Below, one piece after another: positions 1 through 13,770 of a stretch of 64,000 nt of DNA. The stretch is from contig OZ336886.1 of the NCBI GenBank assembly GCA_965287045.1, positions 37,138,001 through 37,202,000 of the forward strand. The letters are read 5' to 3'. A program made the position numbers and the translations under genes. Under the pieces are notes generated by a model. The model worked only from the letters and a program-made list of their open reading frames with translations. It was not told the origin of the DNA and did no database searches. Position 1 is the first letter of the stretch. Every line of letters starts with the position of its first letter. This DNA is from Carcharhinus amblyrhynchos (taxonomy: Eukaryota).

Positions 1-239
1 GTAATAGCTATCAGATCAGACATACTTATTTCTATTTGTGCTGTCAATTCACGTTTAGTTATAAATGCTACCTACATTTAGATACAAAGCATTTGATTGT
101 GTCATTTTACTTTCTTTTGTAACTTCCAGCTTTATCTACTGGTGCACCCTTACATTTATATGTCCCTTACTGCCACCTTTGATCATCTATTTAATCATCT
201 ATTTCATGTTTTTCATTTAACATGGCATCTTCCCAAACA

Positions 240-400
240 TGATCCATTGCACCCACTATTTTGTTTAAAACCCTTTTGACTGTCTTATTTGTACAACTTG
301 CCAGAACACTGGTCCCAGCAGGATTCAGATAATCTTCAAGATACAGTTCCCACTTTCCCCCGTTCTGGTTCTGGTGCTGCATGAATCAAAATCCATTTCT
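240..400 (-). mobile_element. CR1 LINE ORF1 (SGNH-esterase C-terminus) relic
   Basis: Minus-strand translation ..GKWELYLEDYLNPAGTSVLASCTNKTVKRVLN resembles CR1 ORF1 WGRWELYxxDGLHLNxAGTxVLAxxxxxxVxRALN. Confidence 0.6.
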
Positions 401-527
401 CCCACAGCGTCATCTCTCTAATTCTATTCATCTCTTTAATCTTATTTACCTTATGCCCATTTTCTGTCTTTCGTTTCTAACTTTGTTTTCCTCTTTTGTA
501 CTTACCCGGTTCCCGTTCCCTCCTGCT

Positions 528-660
528 CTAGTTTAGATCCTCCCCACAGCAACAGCAAATACCCCTGCGAGGATATTGGTCCTAGTCCTGCTGGGATGTA
601 ATCCATCCAGCTAATACATGTCCCATCTTCCCCAAAATTAGGGACTGTGCTTGTACCTAA
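528..660 (-). mobile_element. Second CR1 ORF1 esterase C-terminal relic
   Basis: Minus strand reads WGRWDMY*LDGLHPSRTRTNILAGVFAVAVG, the DGLH catalytic block of the CR1 ORF1 esterase. Confidence 0.65.
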
Positions 661-1339
661 TAAGGATTGGAAAACCATTCACACAAGTGACTTCTTACCA
701 TCACTTAATGGCTCACATAATAATCCAGTTTATTACCTTGGGTGTCCTACTTGTTTATTTAGTCCCAAACATAGTTCAGTTTCTATGTGATTACTCTCTT
801 GAAAGTTCCTTGTGGATTTTTTTTCGACATTACAATCACTATATACATTGCCTTGTTGTAGCTTATTACCAAGAAACTGCTTCAGACTGGCAAACACCCT
901 AATCTTGGAAGTGTGCTGGGGATGGATGTCAACCTCATAGGAGTTGGGGTTAAGGATGGAGAAAATACGTTAGATCACCTTTTCCCAGTGCTATCAGTCT
1001 CCAGGAACATTCCCTCATTGTGACGCTCTCACACCTTGTTATGCAATGCAGAGTTAAGGGCTGACGCTAAAGAGTTTAAGACGCTTTTCTCCAAAAACCC
1101 TCAAAGTGCAGATTTTTCTCACAATGAGTTAAAGTTAGATCATGGATAAAGAAATGATCTTGCATTGTTCTTTTTGTAGAAAATAAGGGAGAATTGTGGA
1201 CTTTGATCTTCAAATCACTAGAAAGAATTCAAAAACATGACTTATAATAATGTAATTATATATTTTTTTTTTCTGGTTTTGTGGAGTGGGAATGCTGTGT
1301 AGAAGCAAGGGATACAGAATCAGAAGGAGTGTGCCATCT

Positions 1340-1563
1340 TGACCGAAGGGAGGCGAAATTTCATCAGTTGGATGCAGAATTCTTTACCCGAGGGTTGTGG
1401 TGGATGCTCTGTAATTGAGCATTTTCACAGTTGAGTTTGATAGATTTCTAGATACCAATGACATCGAGATACAGGGAGATAGTTCAGAGTTAGAAGGTCA
1501 GCCATGATCTAATTGAATTGAGGAGCTGGCTTAAGGGGCCAAATGGCCTGCTCCTATGTTTCT
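1340..1563 (+). mobile_element. Old CR1 3' end
   Basis: Decayed RT C-terminus followed by a CR1 3'UTR (cagccatgatctaattgaat...ggggccaaatggcctgctcctatgttt). Confidence 0.75.
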
Positions 1564-3457
1564 ATTTAGTCACCATAAATCACTGGCCTTTATAACATAT
1601 TGTGTATTAAAATACACTTTGGTGTTATCAAACCTAACTCATGCAGATTCATGTAATTATTTATGTATGTAAATAAATCCATCATGCATCTGTCACACAG
1701 TTACATATGCAAAACAGTCCTTGTTTTGAAAAAATGAATGTAAAATATCCATCGCTTGTTAGATCCAGGAATATATAAGCAACTCTGGTGGTTCTCTTGT
1801 TGACGTCAGGAGCTGATGGTCACCAACATATATCTGAATTTGCCAACTTAAATCACTTTACCGTGTGAAAAACTTGAACAGTGCTTTAAAACAAAAAGTC
1901 ATTTTAAAGCGCAACACTCATGTCTGTAACTAAGCAGCACAGCTCTGCTTTGGATTATCCATTAGGAATGCCACAGGATATTGCAAATTATAGTGATATA
2001 AGGTTGTATTTTTGCTACACGTAGCATGATGCTGTTTGTCATAATTATTGTAATTCATACAGATCTCTGCCCTGAATTTGAAACATGAGTTTGTTATGCT
2101 GGTGTTGAGCTCACTTGTGCAATTTGAATTAAACTAAACTACTACATTAAAAAACATGTTTTCAATAAATAGTTTGTTGAGATGTAGAGCTTCAACTAAA
2201 ATAGAAATGTTTATTTTTGGAATGGTTTCTAGACTGCAGTTATGGCTGAAATAAACTGTTAGCCGGGGGTACCCCATCCCTCACCTCATGCAAAACCACG
2301 CACTGCATAAAAATACCATTTATAACCATAAACAATGCTTTAATTCAATGTTTGTCTGTTGTATTATGTATGCTACACCACTGCATCACAATGAAACAGC
2401 CAACTGCTCAAAACAAATATCTCCTTTGTGTAATTCCTGAACATTACCTGTCATAATTGTTGAATATATTTATACTGCACACTTGGAACAAGCCTTTTGT
2501 TGGATATTTTGCTTCACGGGGTTATTTTTAAAAAGTGTGCTCAATTGGTAACTCAGGAAATTGAACTCATTTGCAGCAGGAGCATCAGGCGCACACAATC
2601 AAACCTAGAATGGCCATTTCGGGAGCAAATGTGTTGAATTCGATCCCAACATTATGTCTTTGCTTCATTTTAAATTGCTACTTTCCACATTGATCATCCT
2701 CCTAATGCACTCTTAGCATTTCTTTGTCTTAATTTATTTAACATTGGACTCTTAAAACTGGCAGAGTCGAGACTTTTGGCCTCTTGCTTCAAACTGGATT
2801 TGATCCCAGGCTTTAGTGAGGATTGAACATCTGTGATGATCCTGTCCCAGACCCATTGCTCTCAGTTTCTTAGCTGACATGGTGAAAATTCAGTTTCACA
2901 GTTTGAACATAAAATAATGTAACTAACTTCTTCATCTTTCTAAGAATTTGTATGAATAAATCCAAGAGTGACACTGTTGCTTATCCGCCATCTGACATTG
3001 TTAGATTACTGTGTATTCCTCCTCTTTTAGCAATCCAAAAACATAAATCCAATAACTTAGATAGAACTCTACAGAAATGTATTTGAGTGCTTTGTACAAT
3101 TCAATGAATTTTATTGAAAGAGAAATTTGCTGCTGACCTTCATTTAAAAATGTTTGTTTTGGAGGCTAGTATATTTACTCACTATCCTGTCTTGTGAAAA
3201 TTCTGACATCTCTGTTAAATGTGATAGGAAAGGTCAGAGTTATGGACTATAATAGTTTACTTGACAATGATTGCCTCTGAGTGAAAGGATTTTCAACAAT
3301 TGCTGACATTACAGCATCCTTGAACAATCACTGTATTGTAACCTGTACAAAAGTGACTTTGACAAATAGTGCTTGATTGTGTTACTTCAGCAGAAAATCT
3401 TTTAAAATGGCAGTGTAATTCTTTGCCAAGTGGTGTTGTATCCAGAAACATGACCAT

Positions 3458-3787
3458 AATAAGAAAATAAGAACATAAGAAATAGGAGCAGGAGTAGGCC
3501 ATCTGGCCCTTCGAGCCTGCCCCGCCATTCAATAAGATCATGGCTGATCTGTCGTGGCTCAGTTCCACATTCCCGCCTTCTCCCCATAACCCTTAATCCC
3601 CTCTCTTATCAAAAACCCATCAACCCGCGTCTTAAAAATATTTAGCGAGGTAGCCTCCACCACTTCAACGGGCAGAGAATTCCAGAGATTCACCACCCTT
3701 TGAGTGAAGAAGTTCCTCCTCAACTCCGTTCTAAACCGCCCCCCCTTTATCTTGAGGCTGTGCCCCCTAGTCCTACTGTCCTTTCTA
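3458..3787 (-). mobile_element. Young, 5'-truncated CR1 (HER1-like) 3' end
   Basis: Encodes RKDSRTRGHSLKIKGGRFRTELRRNFFTQRVVNLWNSLP, then the 3'UTR and a (ttcttatg)n tail. Nearly identical to 39248-39568. Confidence 0.92.
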
Positions 3788-5407
3788 ATGCTGCTTAACA
3801 ATAAATACCATTCCTTTCCAGTCAGGTTTCCTACATTATTACATCCTGTATGCCCTTAACCCAGTTTCAGTGGTCAATTGTGCGATTAGTAGGAGTGTCC
3901 AATTTTGCTGAAATTAATAAGCACCATCTTAGTTGCTGCTTTTCAGAGTCTAATGTCAATACTGATCCATACATCAGAGCTGGTGTTCAAAGACTCAGGA
4001 AATCTGTACTGCGCTCCTCAATTTGGCCTATTGTGAGGATACCAGCATTGCATTTCAATTAATAATCATGGGTTGCTTTTAAGCAATAGTCACTATTCTG
4101 TTTGTATGCTGGTTAGTTCCTGCTCTGGAGAAATGATTTTTCTTTGTGGTGTAAGGCACATTGGGAAGGAACGACATAATTGTGAAATTGTATCATCAAT
4201 CTGTACTATCTTAAAGATGACATTTGAAATGATGAAGCACTACTGCCCTATCTCAAAATGGTGACATTATTTTGCGTGCGGTGGACTTGAAAACAATCAG
4301 CGATCACTTGACATCAGATATCTGAGTTTGGAGTGAATGTAATTGCATTCAGCAGGCTTTTGTAATCTTTGACATCAAATGGCAAAAGATGGTCAAAGCT
4401 ATCCAGTACACTTCGCAACCTGCATTGAAAAATACACGAGTTAGTTAAATAATAGCTGAATTTATTCAGTTTTTTTCACTTAGTCCAAAAAATTGTTTTA
4501 CTCTACACTACATACTTGAGAGGTCTTAATTCATTTTGATCTCAATGTCTGTATTTTCCACCCACCTATGCCCTCAGGTCTTGGGGCAAAGCTTCCCCCC
4601 ATCCTCGCCAATCTTAACATCTGAACATTCTCTCTCCCCCTAATCTTGGTCTAACCTGTTCACTCTCCTTATCTATTCTTCACTATTTTTCCCTCCTGCC
4701 AGTCTCAAATCTCCCTCTCCCCCTCGTCTCAACTCTATGCAGAAGATATGGCTGAAGCATTTGCTGCAATTTGACATGCACCTTGTAGATTTTAGGTAGG
4801 CTTTGGGGAGTTTGGTGTCAGTTATAGGCCGCAGGATTCCTAGACTCCAACCTGCTCTTGTAGCCACAGTTTTTGGTGGCTAGTTCAATTAAATGTCTTC
4901 TAAATGGTAATACTCCAGAATATTGATAGTGGAGGTTCAGTGATGGTAATGTGATTAAATGTCAAGATGCAATGGTTGAATTCTTGTTGGAGATGCTATT
5001 GCCTGATACCTGTATGGTGCGACTGTTACATGTCACTTATTAGTTGAGCCTGAATGTTGTTCAGGTCTTGCTGTTTATGGACATGGACTATTTCAGTATC
5101 TGAAGAGTCATGAATAGGGTTAAACATTGTGCAGAGATCTGCAAACATCTCACTTCTGATGGAAGAAAAGTCATTGATGAAACAGCTAATGACATTTGGG
5201 CACTCCGCAGAGCAATTTCCACAGTGATATCCTGGAGCTGAGATGATTGACCTCCAAAAAAACACAACCACCCTTTTTTGTGCCACGTAGACGCCAACCA
5301 GTAGAAAGCTTTCCCCTGATTCCCATTGACTCCAGTTTTATTAGGGCTCCTTGATGCCACACTTGGTCAAATGCTATCTTGATGACAAAGCCAGTGACTC
5401 TCACCTC

Positions 5408-5726
5408 AAAGAACAAAAACAGCCCGGGAAACAGGCCCTTCGGCCCAACAAGCCCGCGCCGCCATTTTAACACTACCAGTCCCCGCCCCCCCAACCCCCC
5501 AACCCATGGCCCTTATCTATTGTTTTATGGCCATCCACATTGAGGGAAACTAATTTAGGTACAATTTATTACTTCCAATCAGCCTCATAGCACATCTTTG
5601 GGGTGTGGGAGGAAACCGGAGCACCCGGAGAAAATCCACGCAAGCACGAGGAGAATGTGCAAACTCCCACAGATACTGGCCCGAATCCATGTGTCTGCAC
5701 AGCAAACAGTGATAGTCACTGAGCTG
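5408..5726 (-). mobile_element. HE1-type V-SINE with 9-bp TSD
   Basis: V-domain (tggggtgtgggaggaaaccggagcacccggag...tgtgcaaactcc). TSD tctcacctc at 5399-5407 and 5727-5735. Confidence 0.85.
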
Positions 5727-6193
5727 TCTCACCTCTAGCATTCAGCTCATTTGACAATATTTGAACCAAGGCAATAATGAAGTCAGGAGCTGAGTGACCT
5801 AGCAGAACCTAAACTGAATGTCAATGAGCTGGCTATTGTCAAGCAATTGCCGCTTGGTAGTGCTGTTGCTGATCCCTTCCACCACTTTATTGAAGCTGGA
5901 GAGTAGACTGATAGGGCGATAGTTGATCAGGTTTCGATTTGAACTGCTTTTTCAGTCTGGGTCACGCCTGGGCAATTTTTAAATTGCTGGATAGATAAGT
6001 GTTGTAGTTACACTGGAACAGCTTGATGAAGGTTGCAGAAAATTCTGAAACACAAGCCTTCAGTACTGTTACCAGAATATTGTCAGGGCTCATAGCCTTT
6101 GCAGTATCCAGTACCTTCAGCCATTCTTTGACATCACATGGAGTGAATCAAATAGCTGAAGACTGACATTTGTGATGCTGGGAACCTCTGGAG

Positions 6194-6463
6194 AATCCCT
6201 GCAGTGCAGATGGAGGCCATTTGGCCTATCGAGTCTGCACTGATCACAATCCCACTGGCCCTATCCCTCTAACGCCATCTTTTTAACCGTGACACCAAGG
6301 GGCAATTTAGCATGGCAAATCAACCTAACCCACACATCTTTGGAGTGTGGGAAGAAACATAAATACCTGGAGGCAACCCATGCAGACGCGGGGAACGTGC
6401 AAACTCCACACAAAGACCCATGTCCCTGGTGCTTTGAGGCATCAGTGCTAACCACTGTGCTGC
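6194..6463 (-). mobile_element. HE1-type V-SINE with imperfect TSD
   Basis: tRNA-like head, V-domain and CR1-derived tail. Flanked by cctctggag / cctcaggag. Confidence 0.85.
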
Positions 6464-7589
6464 CCTCAGGAGGCAGAGATGCATCATCCACTCAGCACTT
6501 CCGCCTGAAGATTGTGGTAATTGCTTCAGTTCCATCTTTAGCACTGACGTGCTTGGCTCCACCAACATTGAGGATGGGGATTTATGAAGACTCCTCACCC
6601 AGTGAGTTGTTTAATTGTCCATCCCCATTCATGGCTGGATATGGCAGGACTGCAGAGCTTAGATCTGATAAGTTGGTTGTAGAATTGCTTAGCTCTGTCC
6701 ATCACTTACTTCATATGGTGTTTGCCATGCAAGTCGTCCTATGTTGTAGCTTCACAAGGTTCCTCATTTTTAGGTATGCTTGGTGCTGCTCTCGGCATGC
6801 CCGTCTGCTCTCAGTGTTCAACCAGAGTTAATCCCCTGGCTTGGTGGTGATGGTAAAGTGGTTGATACGTTGGGCCACGAGGTTACGGATTGGCGTTGTG
6901 TACAGTTCTGCTGCTGATGACCCACTGTATCTCATGGTTGCCCAACTAGCCTTGAGTTGCTAGATCTGTTTGAAAAAATTCCATTTTGCATGATGGTAGG
7001 GTAGATTGGTCGAGATGATGCACTCTGTCTGGAAGCAAAGTTTCAAACTACAACCTTCCTACTTAGTGTTGAGGGTGTTACCAACTTGACTGCACTGATG
7101 CTTCAATAACTTCGGGAAAACATTACCAAAGATGCTGAAGAGTTTTATTACTCTAAATATCAATTCATAAAACATATTTTATATTGCTATGTATATTATT
7201 GTTTTTGATTCTGTATGAATTTACATTTTACATTAAATTTAGATTTAGAGCATAGTTTAAAACATTTTTGCTTTTCTATCAGAGTGATTGGAGTGTACAG
7301 AAGGCAACACGTACTTGCCATAGCACATTGACAAAAAGGATACATAGTTATCCCTAAAGTACCTCCATCACAATCCACTGCACACATTGGCTTAACCTTG
7401 TTGAAGGCTAAGGGCTACTAACAGAAGCTAGTGTTTATGATAAACATGCAGTAAGTTTGCAGTCGATCTAAATTGTAAGAATTTCAGTAATTTACTTTGT
7501 TTAATCATTCCAGGAGAAAATAGATGTCTAAGATTAATCGTGTCCTAACCTCTTCAATGTTATATTAGGGAAAAGTGCATTAGGAAGTT

Positions 7590-8200
7590 TTGCTACAAGA
7601 ACAACAAGAATTTGCATTCATCGAGCACCTTTTGTAAGAGGGGAAAGAACTTCGGGGTTATGTTTATATTCCAGAATGATCCTGGAGTCATGAGTAGTTT
7701 TAGCATTGGAAAGTTGGGCAAAATTCTAGCCAAATCTGACGATGAATGGCTAACAGCAACCGTGTGACAAAGATGTTCAAAATCTGCATACCTTGAGCTT
7801 AAAGAAGTAAATATGGGGGCCACACCAAGGGGAATAGTCAGGGTGAAGAGGAAGTGAGGACAAGGAGGTGAGGATATCATTGAGTAAAACTGTAGTTTCA
7901 GAAATACTAGTGATTGGAAGGCCAATTCCCAAATTTGGGAATTTGGATTTACTATTTAAGTGACCTGGAGATTATTCCAGGGACAAAAGCAGAACAAAGT
8001 GGGAAGTGGTTGCAAGTGGTTAGGTTATAAAGGAGTTGTCAGAGGTGGTTCTATCTGTTATTGGGACAGAGAAACTACACGTGAGCCAAGTTTAGCGGGT
8101 GGCTATGAGATTGCATAGCATAGTTTGTATGAGGGGAGACGTACAGTGAACTCAGGAAAGCAAAAGAGGACAAGATGAGATGGAGGTTGAGAATGGGAAG
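7590..8200 (-). mobile_element. Highly decayed L2-like LINE fragment
   Basis: Tail caagaacaacaagaatttgcattc...gcacctttt followed by purine-rich sequence typical of antisense L2. Confidence 0.4.
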
Positions 8201-10149
8201 ATTCGACTTGTGTGCACTACTTTTAACATCCAAGTTGAATCTTCTGTTTTAACGTATACAGGGATATAGTGTGGGCTGATAGCATTTGCACATGAGCTTT
8301 GCTAATCAAGATTACAACCCTTTTTACATAGAACTGATGAAAGAAACAATAGTTATTAAAAGAATTTCAAGGATTTGCCAATTAATACGGGGGAAGGTGG
8401 GAAAATAATCTCCAGATGTAAAATACATTGGAATTCACAAATGGTTTCAAGTTCATCTACTCATGAAGCATGATCTCTAAAGGAAATATATCTAGAGGGA
8501 ACAGTCAGAATGTCTCAAGCTCTTTCCGTTCTTTTTAACTCTGATGTTTTCTTTGGTTACAGTTGTAGCAGGAAAGTGAATCTATGGTCATTTGAGCTCT
8601 TGGCAAAAAGGATTATTTTTATACTGCCTTTTATTGGCATTGAAGGACAAATCTCAAGTCACCCAATTGTTTTCTACTGGTCTTATCCCCTTTAACACAC
8701 AGGCTTTTTTGCAATATATATCCCTTACAATATTGCAGACACTTTACAATGTATTTGTACTAATGAAAATCTATCTACTGCTCAAAGCAACTTCTATGTG
8801 ATTAATATTGTTCAGGTTTTCTTGATTTTTTATTGAGTTAGGCAAAGCTTTATGAATTTTGATTGATATAGGTCTCTTTGTTCTACCACATTTAGAAACA
8901 CAACAAACAGATTATAGCACAGAGCATGTGGAGACTGTGTCTAATCTGGTTGTTAAATGGGAGAGGAAGTTATAAACCATAATAGATAAAGTTAGGCTGT
9001 ATCAGGAAAGAATCATTGGATTCTTAATTCTCTCCTAATCATTTTTGTCAAATAATTTGACCGTTCTCCACCTTCCAGAATAATCAGTCTTTGTGCAGAT
9101 ATTGTATATGTACACAATTTTCTTAGAGTGATGCATTATTGCAAATTTAAATGGAGCACTAAAAACATACTCATAATTATTCTTCTGTTTGTCTTGAAAG
9201 ATTTTCTTTGTTTCAAGTAGACCATTCTTCATCCTCTATACCATACATGGCTGCACCATATCACTAGACATAGTGAATGTTCACTTTCGTCCTGCTACAT
9301 TTTAATAGAGGAAAGTGTTTAATTTCTCAGTGCTATAAGGTATGTTTGAAATACACTAGAGATCTACATATAGTTTTAGCCTCTTTTTGCAGTGCTTATA
9401 TTCCCCATCTTAATCTAATTGTGTCTGGACCTAGTTTGGCTCAGTTGAAATGTGCGATTGTGTTGTGACCTATACCTATCATAGATACAGCATAACTATA
9501 ATTTTACAGAATAACTGTAAAACTTGTGTGGAATCCATTTTTATCATGGTTAATTATAAGCATAATGAAGTACTTCAAACTCGCAATCATTTTGCTTTAG
9601 CTCAGTTTTTCACAAACATCTGGAATCTTAGAAATGGGAATTGTCAAGGACAATTCTTTGGTCAACTAATTGAATTAAATTTTTAGAAAATTGGAATATA
9701 TCGATGAAACAAATCTGGTTGAAAAATAGACAACTTCCAGAAGGTGTACATTAGATGCCTGTTATGAAGATTAAGGCAGAGAACATAGACACATGGATAG
9801 GTAGAAGTTGAGCAGAGGTAAATGGATGGATGTTCAGGTTTCTAGGATCTGGAGACTGGAGCTGTGCTGGTGCGTAATGATTTGGTAATGTGAAAAGATA
9901 AACTTTTGAAAGCGAAAGTGGGACATGTGCATTCATAGACCACGATCAATACCATGACAACCTGCCCCTCTGAGGATTCTATCAGTGCAAATTACTTATT
10001 AAATTCTTTCTGGCAAATACAAAAGGGAATTTATTAATGGAAATAAGTCAGTGGAGATTACTGTTATGTTCACATGAGATCTTTTTCCCTTCTACCAATG
10101 AAAGCATAGTATTGTAATTTAAGTAAATTCCTGCAACCCTCCACCTCCT

Positions 10150-10475
10150 CACCCCATCCCTCAGCAAAGGTGCTGACCTACTGTTCCATGGACACTGGAA
10201 ACCCTCCAGTACTTCAATGTCAGTACTCATATGTAAGCTGAAAGAACAAGTGTCAGTGTTCATTGGGCATCACGGATGATTCTGACCTGGTCCGTGCACA
10301 CCAAGGTCACTGGACAGCAATCTGAAATTAAAATTCTAGCTGAATTTCTAACTCCATGACTCAAGGCATTGGGGTAAATTTTATTGTTTCAACTGCTGTC
10401 CCAGATCTTAGCATCTGACCTGTCTGTATGACATAGTACTGCGGTAGGTGGTGCATTTAACCACTGGCCATTCTC
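10150..10475 (-). mobile_element. Old tRNA-derived shark SINE (a related + strand fragment lies at ~20120-20270)
   Basis: Minus strand begins gaatggccagtggttaaatgcaccac...catacagacaggtcag. The body resembles a common elasmobranch SINE and the 20120 fragment. Confidence 0.5.
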
Positions 10476-11336
10476 ATGAAAATAATTTTGCCCAGAAAAT
10501 AAGCTTACGATGCATCAATAGATTTTGTTTTCTCATATGAGCATGATTAGTGGATGTCAATTGGCTAATTGTCAGTATAGCAGCAGAACTGTTCTTAGGT
10601 TGGTAAAATGAAAGAGGCCTGCTGTTTGCAAACAGTGGAGCTCTGTTGTTGTCATTTTATTTGCCAGATGGTCATTATAGCATTATGTCACAGCAAATAT
10701 ATTCAACATTTCTGTGAAAACCATTGCAAATAAATTGCTTCACAAGAGAATTAGTGCAATAATAGAACTACTTTGTTGTGGCTGTGCTGCAGCCTTTCGG
10801 TGCAGGCTGTGACTACATTTCCAGTTTTGTGTGAAGCTGTCAACAGCTGTATCTCCTACAGAATGGCTTCACAGCTGGGATAGCTTGTAACCTATTGAAA
10901 TCCTAAAATTCAGGGCACCAATATTTTTAAAATTATTATGTTTGCCAAAACAAATCTAAAAAATCATAAATGTTGTATTCTTTGACATTGGTTCTCTGAT
11001 TGACAATGATATATATTCATTTTAAGTGCCATTTATGATTTTGCTAATATCCATAGCAAGTTATATTTTTCAGGAAGTTCCTTTGAAAGTAGTGAGACAG
11101 TGTGAATTTAACAGCTGAAGATATGTATTTATCAAAATTGTCCAACTGCACTTCAGTTACTGTTTGATATTATATGCAGAAAGCAGTTTGGTCACTCAAC
11201 TCAGGATCTGATTAAAAAGGAAACTGGTCAAAATGACTCTGGAAAAGTTATTACAAATTGATTAAATTTTAGACATACCTCATTCATTATCTTTACGGTG
11301 TAATAATTTTTTATATTTATAACATCTCTTCCACAG

Positions 11337-11398
11337 ATTTCCTTTTCACAACACAGTAGCTTTATGGATCTGGTCCAATTCTTTGTCACATTTTTCAG
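11337..11398 (+). CDS. ATRN: Attractin-family internal exon (juxtamembrane region plus first half of the TM helix), 62 bp
   Basis: Acceptor ctcttccacag| and donor |gtaagt. Translates ISFSQHSSFMDLVQFFVTFF(S), matching attractin IAFSQHSNFMDLVQFFVTFFS. Ends in phase 2 (AG). ATRN versus ATRNL1 is not fully resolved. Confidence 0.95.
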
Positions 11399-13439
11399 GT
11401 AAGTTAATATGCATTTAAATATGAGTTTATTTTTTAAAATTTTGGTGTAAAATAATAATTAAGTATGAGAAATACTCACTGCCTCCAGAAAAACAAGTTT
11501 AAAATTTGTAATAAAAGTCAACAATAGTATAAGTACCTTGAAATATGAAACCATTCTGATGATCCAGGTCAGTTTTCAGGCCAAATCCTTTTTCTCAGCT
11601 TCCAGTTTGAAACAATTCTCCTGTCCCACCCCAGATTTTTCCATTTTGTTGAATAAAAAATTATTCTAATATTTTGAGGGTTGCAGTTTTTTATTTTGAC
11701 TGCACCACTGCTGCGTTTTATTTTAATAAATTGGTGAGCTTAAATATTATCTACTCCCTATCCCAAACCTATTCATAGTTTTCGCAGTTTGTATCCTTAC
11801 TTTGGTTTTATCCTTATAGAAAACCATTGTCATTGCCCTCTGGGATATTTTCTTTTTATTTAAAAGAAATGTTACTCATATTCATCTTAGTGTTTTATTT
11901 TTTCATTCAATGCGAGTAAACTTAACTTCCTCTGACTCTATTCATAACTTAATGATTTATGTCTTGGCATCGTCTCCTGACTTTCCACTGCCTGTATCTT
12001 TTCTCAATTTGCTAACTGCGCTTAACTGTAATATTCCGTGAGTGGTTTCACAAATGGTTCATGCTTAGTAACAATTTTTTGGAGTTATAGGGATTGTTCC
12101 ACAATCTAATTCTAAATCTGGTTCTCTCAAGGAAGATAGCTCATGTTATTACTTTTGAGCAGCCTCAGATTCTCTGTAAACTTTTGTGATGAAGAGCATG
12201 CCTGGATGCCTGTAATTTTCCAGAATGAGTCTTCTACTGGGAATGATAGAGTGGGGAATAATCCTTATGTTCTATGTATCTAACTAGACACTGCAACACT
12301 TTGTTTAAATTAAGGGGCAAGTGGAGTCTGTATTTTTCACCTCCAGTTGTATTCTCTTTGACTATTCTTCTTTTAAAGGCACTGATTTGTCATGACAATA
12401 TTCTCCATTTTCTTTCACTTTAGTTGTAATTGTAGATTAGATAGTGAATGTCAGTCAGTATGCTTTTTAACAGTGTAATAACCAAGCTGAATGCTTTTCT
12501 AGTGTTCAAAATGCAGCTACACTTTAACAATAAGCACCTTAGTGGAGTTTCCTCCTTTGTATCATGAGAACACGAGGGGGGGACCTTAGTTGAATTCTTA
12601 CTACCTCATCAACAGAGATGAGCTACCTTAGCAAAGGTCAGTATTTATTACAAGAGCTTCCACGTCAAAATGGGTTCAGTAGCATATGAGATGGTAACAC
12701 AGGCAACATTACCTTGTTTTATAATTACTATGTACATTGTGTTAATACTATCGATGTTCAGCTAACTGTTAACACATTACTTTTCTCTGAATTTAGTTAC
12801 TGGTCCTCCATCTTGTTAGTTCAGTACCATTTTCTATAATAATTTTTCTAACTTTTGTAATAACCATCTATTATCCAGACTGTAGATGACAAGTTAACAG
12901 AGCTAAAGTAATCAGGCTCATGTTCTTGACTTTTGTTATGGACAGGAGAATTAATTTAAACATCTTCTGATTGCTGCTGTCACTACCTATCCATAAACAA
13001 AAAGTTGTTTTTGATTTTCCCCTTGACAAGTGATTGCTTATTTTGCCCAACTCTTCAGTTTGAGTGATCCGACTCCCTATTAATAGCCTCACAGCAGAAT
13101 CAAGATAAAGTGAATGAAGACAGATGGTTTATCTTCTCACACACACAAAATGAGGGATGGGATTTCACAGTGTCTGCTCTTTTGCATTCATGATAAAAGA
13201 GGGATAAGGAAAAGAAAGGGGTACAGGGAAAGACCACATTAAAAAGGAGTTATGGTTTCATATGAGTCTGGAGTCCAGATTAGAAAGTCTAATGATATAT
13301 TCTTTCAGAGGTTAAAAGGCTAAAACTGTTGCAGGGTGATTTGACTTCCCAGAAGTGATGATTTTCCCCGATGGAAGAAGGCATGTAGAGATGGATATGT
13401 CTTATTGGCACAGATACTGCAATTCCAATGTTCCAGTAG

Positions 13440-13770
13440 TAAATGGTGTGGATGAGGATGAGGCAAATTACCTGGACAGAACTCTTTCAGTTGCTTCCTG
13501 TACAATGGTAGCCTTCCTGAGTTCAGTTCCACACAGCAACAACTTGGGAGAGATCAGGTAACACACCTACCACATCTCCTGGGTTTTGGCAAAGGGTCAT
13601 TCCAGGTCATATTGTTTCCGTTGGCTAAACTGCTGCCTTAGAAATATGAAATTTGATTTTCTGCAGTCATCGGGGCACGGTGCCTCTGTAAAGATAATAA
13701 GGTCCCTTCTGATCTTCTGAAGGCTAGACATTCCTTTGGTATGATTCATGGCTAGTCAGGTATGTCCATT
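13440..13770 (+). mobile_element. Harbinger (HARBI1-like) transposase relic, N-terminal part
   Basis: Broken frames give LLGFGKGSFQ (cf. LGFYxxGSFQ), LNCCLRNM (cf. SRCVxxV) and KARHSFGMIHG*SGM (cf. KxxFYxIAGFPGV), in the expected order. Confidence 0.45.

Larger units (their letters stand above)
4750..7020 (-). mobile_element. Decayed CR1-group LINE ORF2 (RT), interrupted by two SINEs
   Basis: Fragments such as IKIAFDQVWHQGALIKLESMGIRGKL and FINDFSSIRSEMFAD. The sequence resumes on either side of each SINE insertion. Confidence 0.8.

Noticed and set aside
6289-6831. 180-aa ORF
   Set aside because: Antisense read-through of a SINE and the adjoining LINE.
13354-13520. gtgatga ... ctga as a C/D snoRNA
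   Set aside because: No terminal stem and long spacing, so the motifs are expected by chance.
13667-13759. Cryptic 93-bp exon (ttttctgcag|...|gtatgt)
   Set aside because: It has an in-frame stop in the attractin phase, lies in a Harbinger relic and has no transcript evidence.
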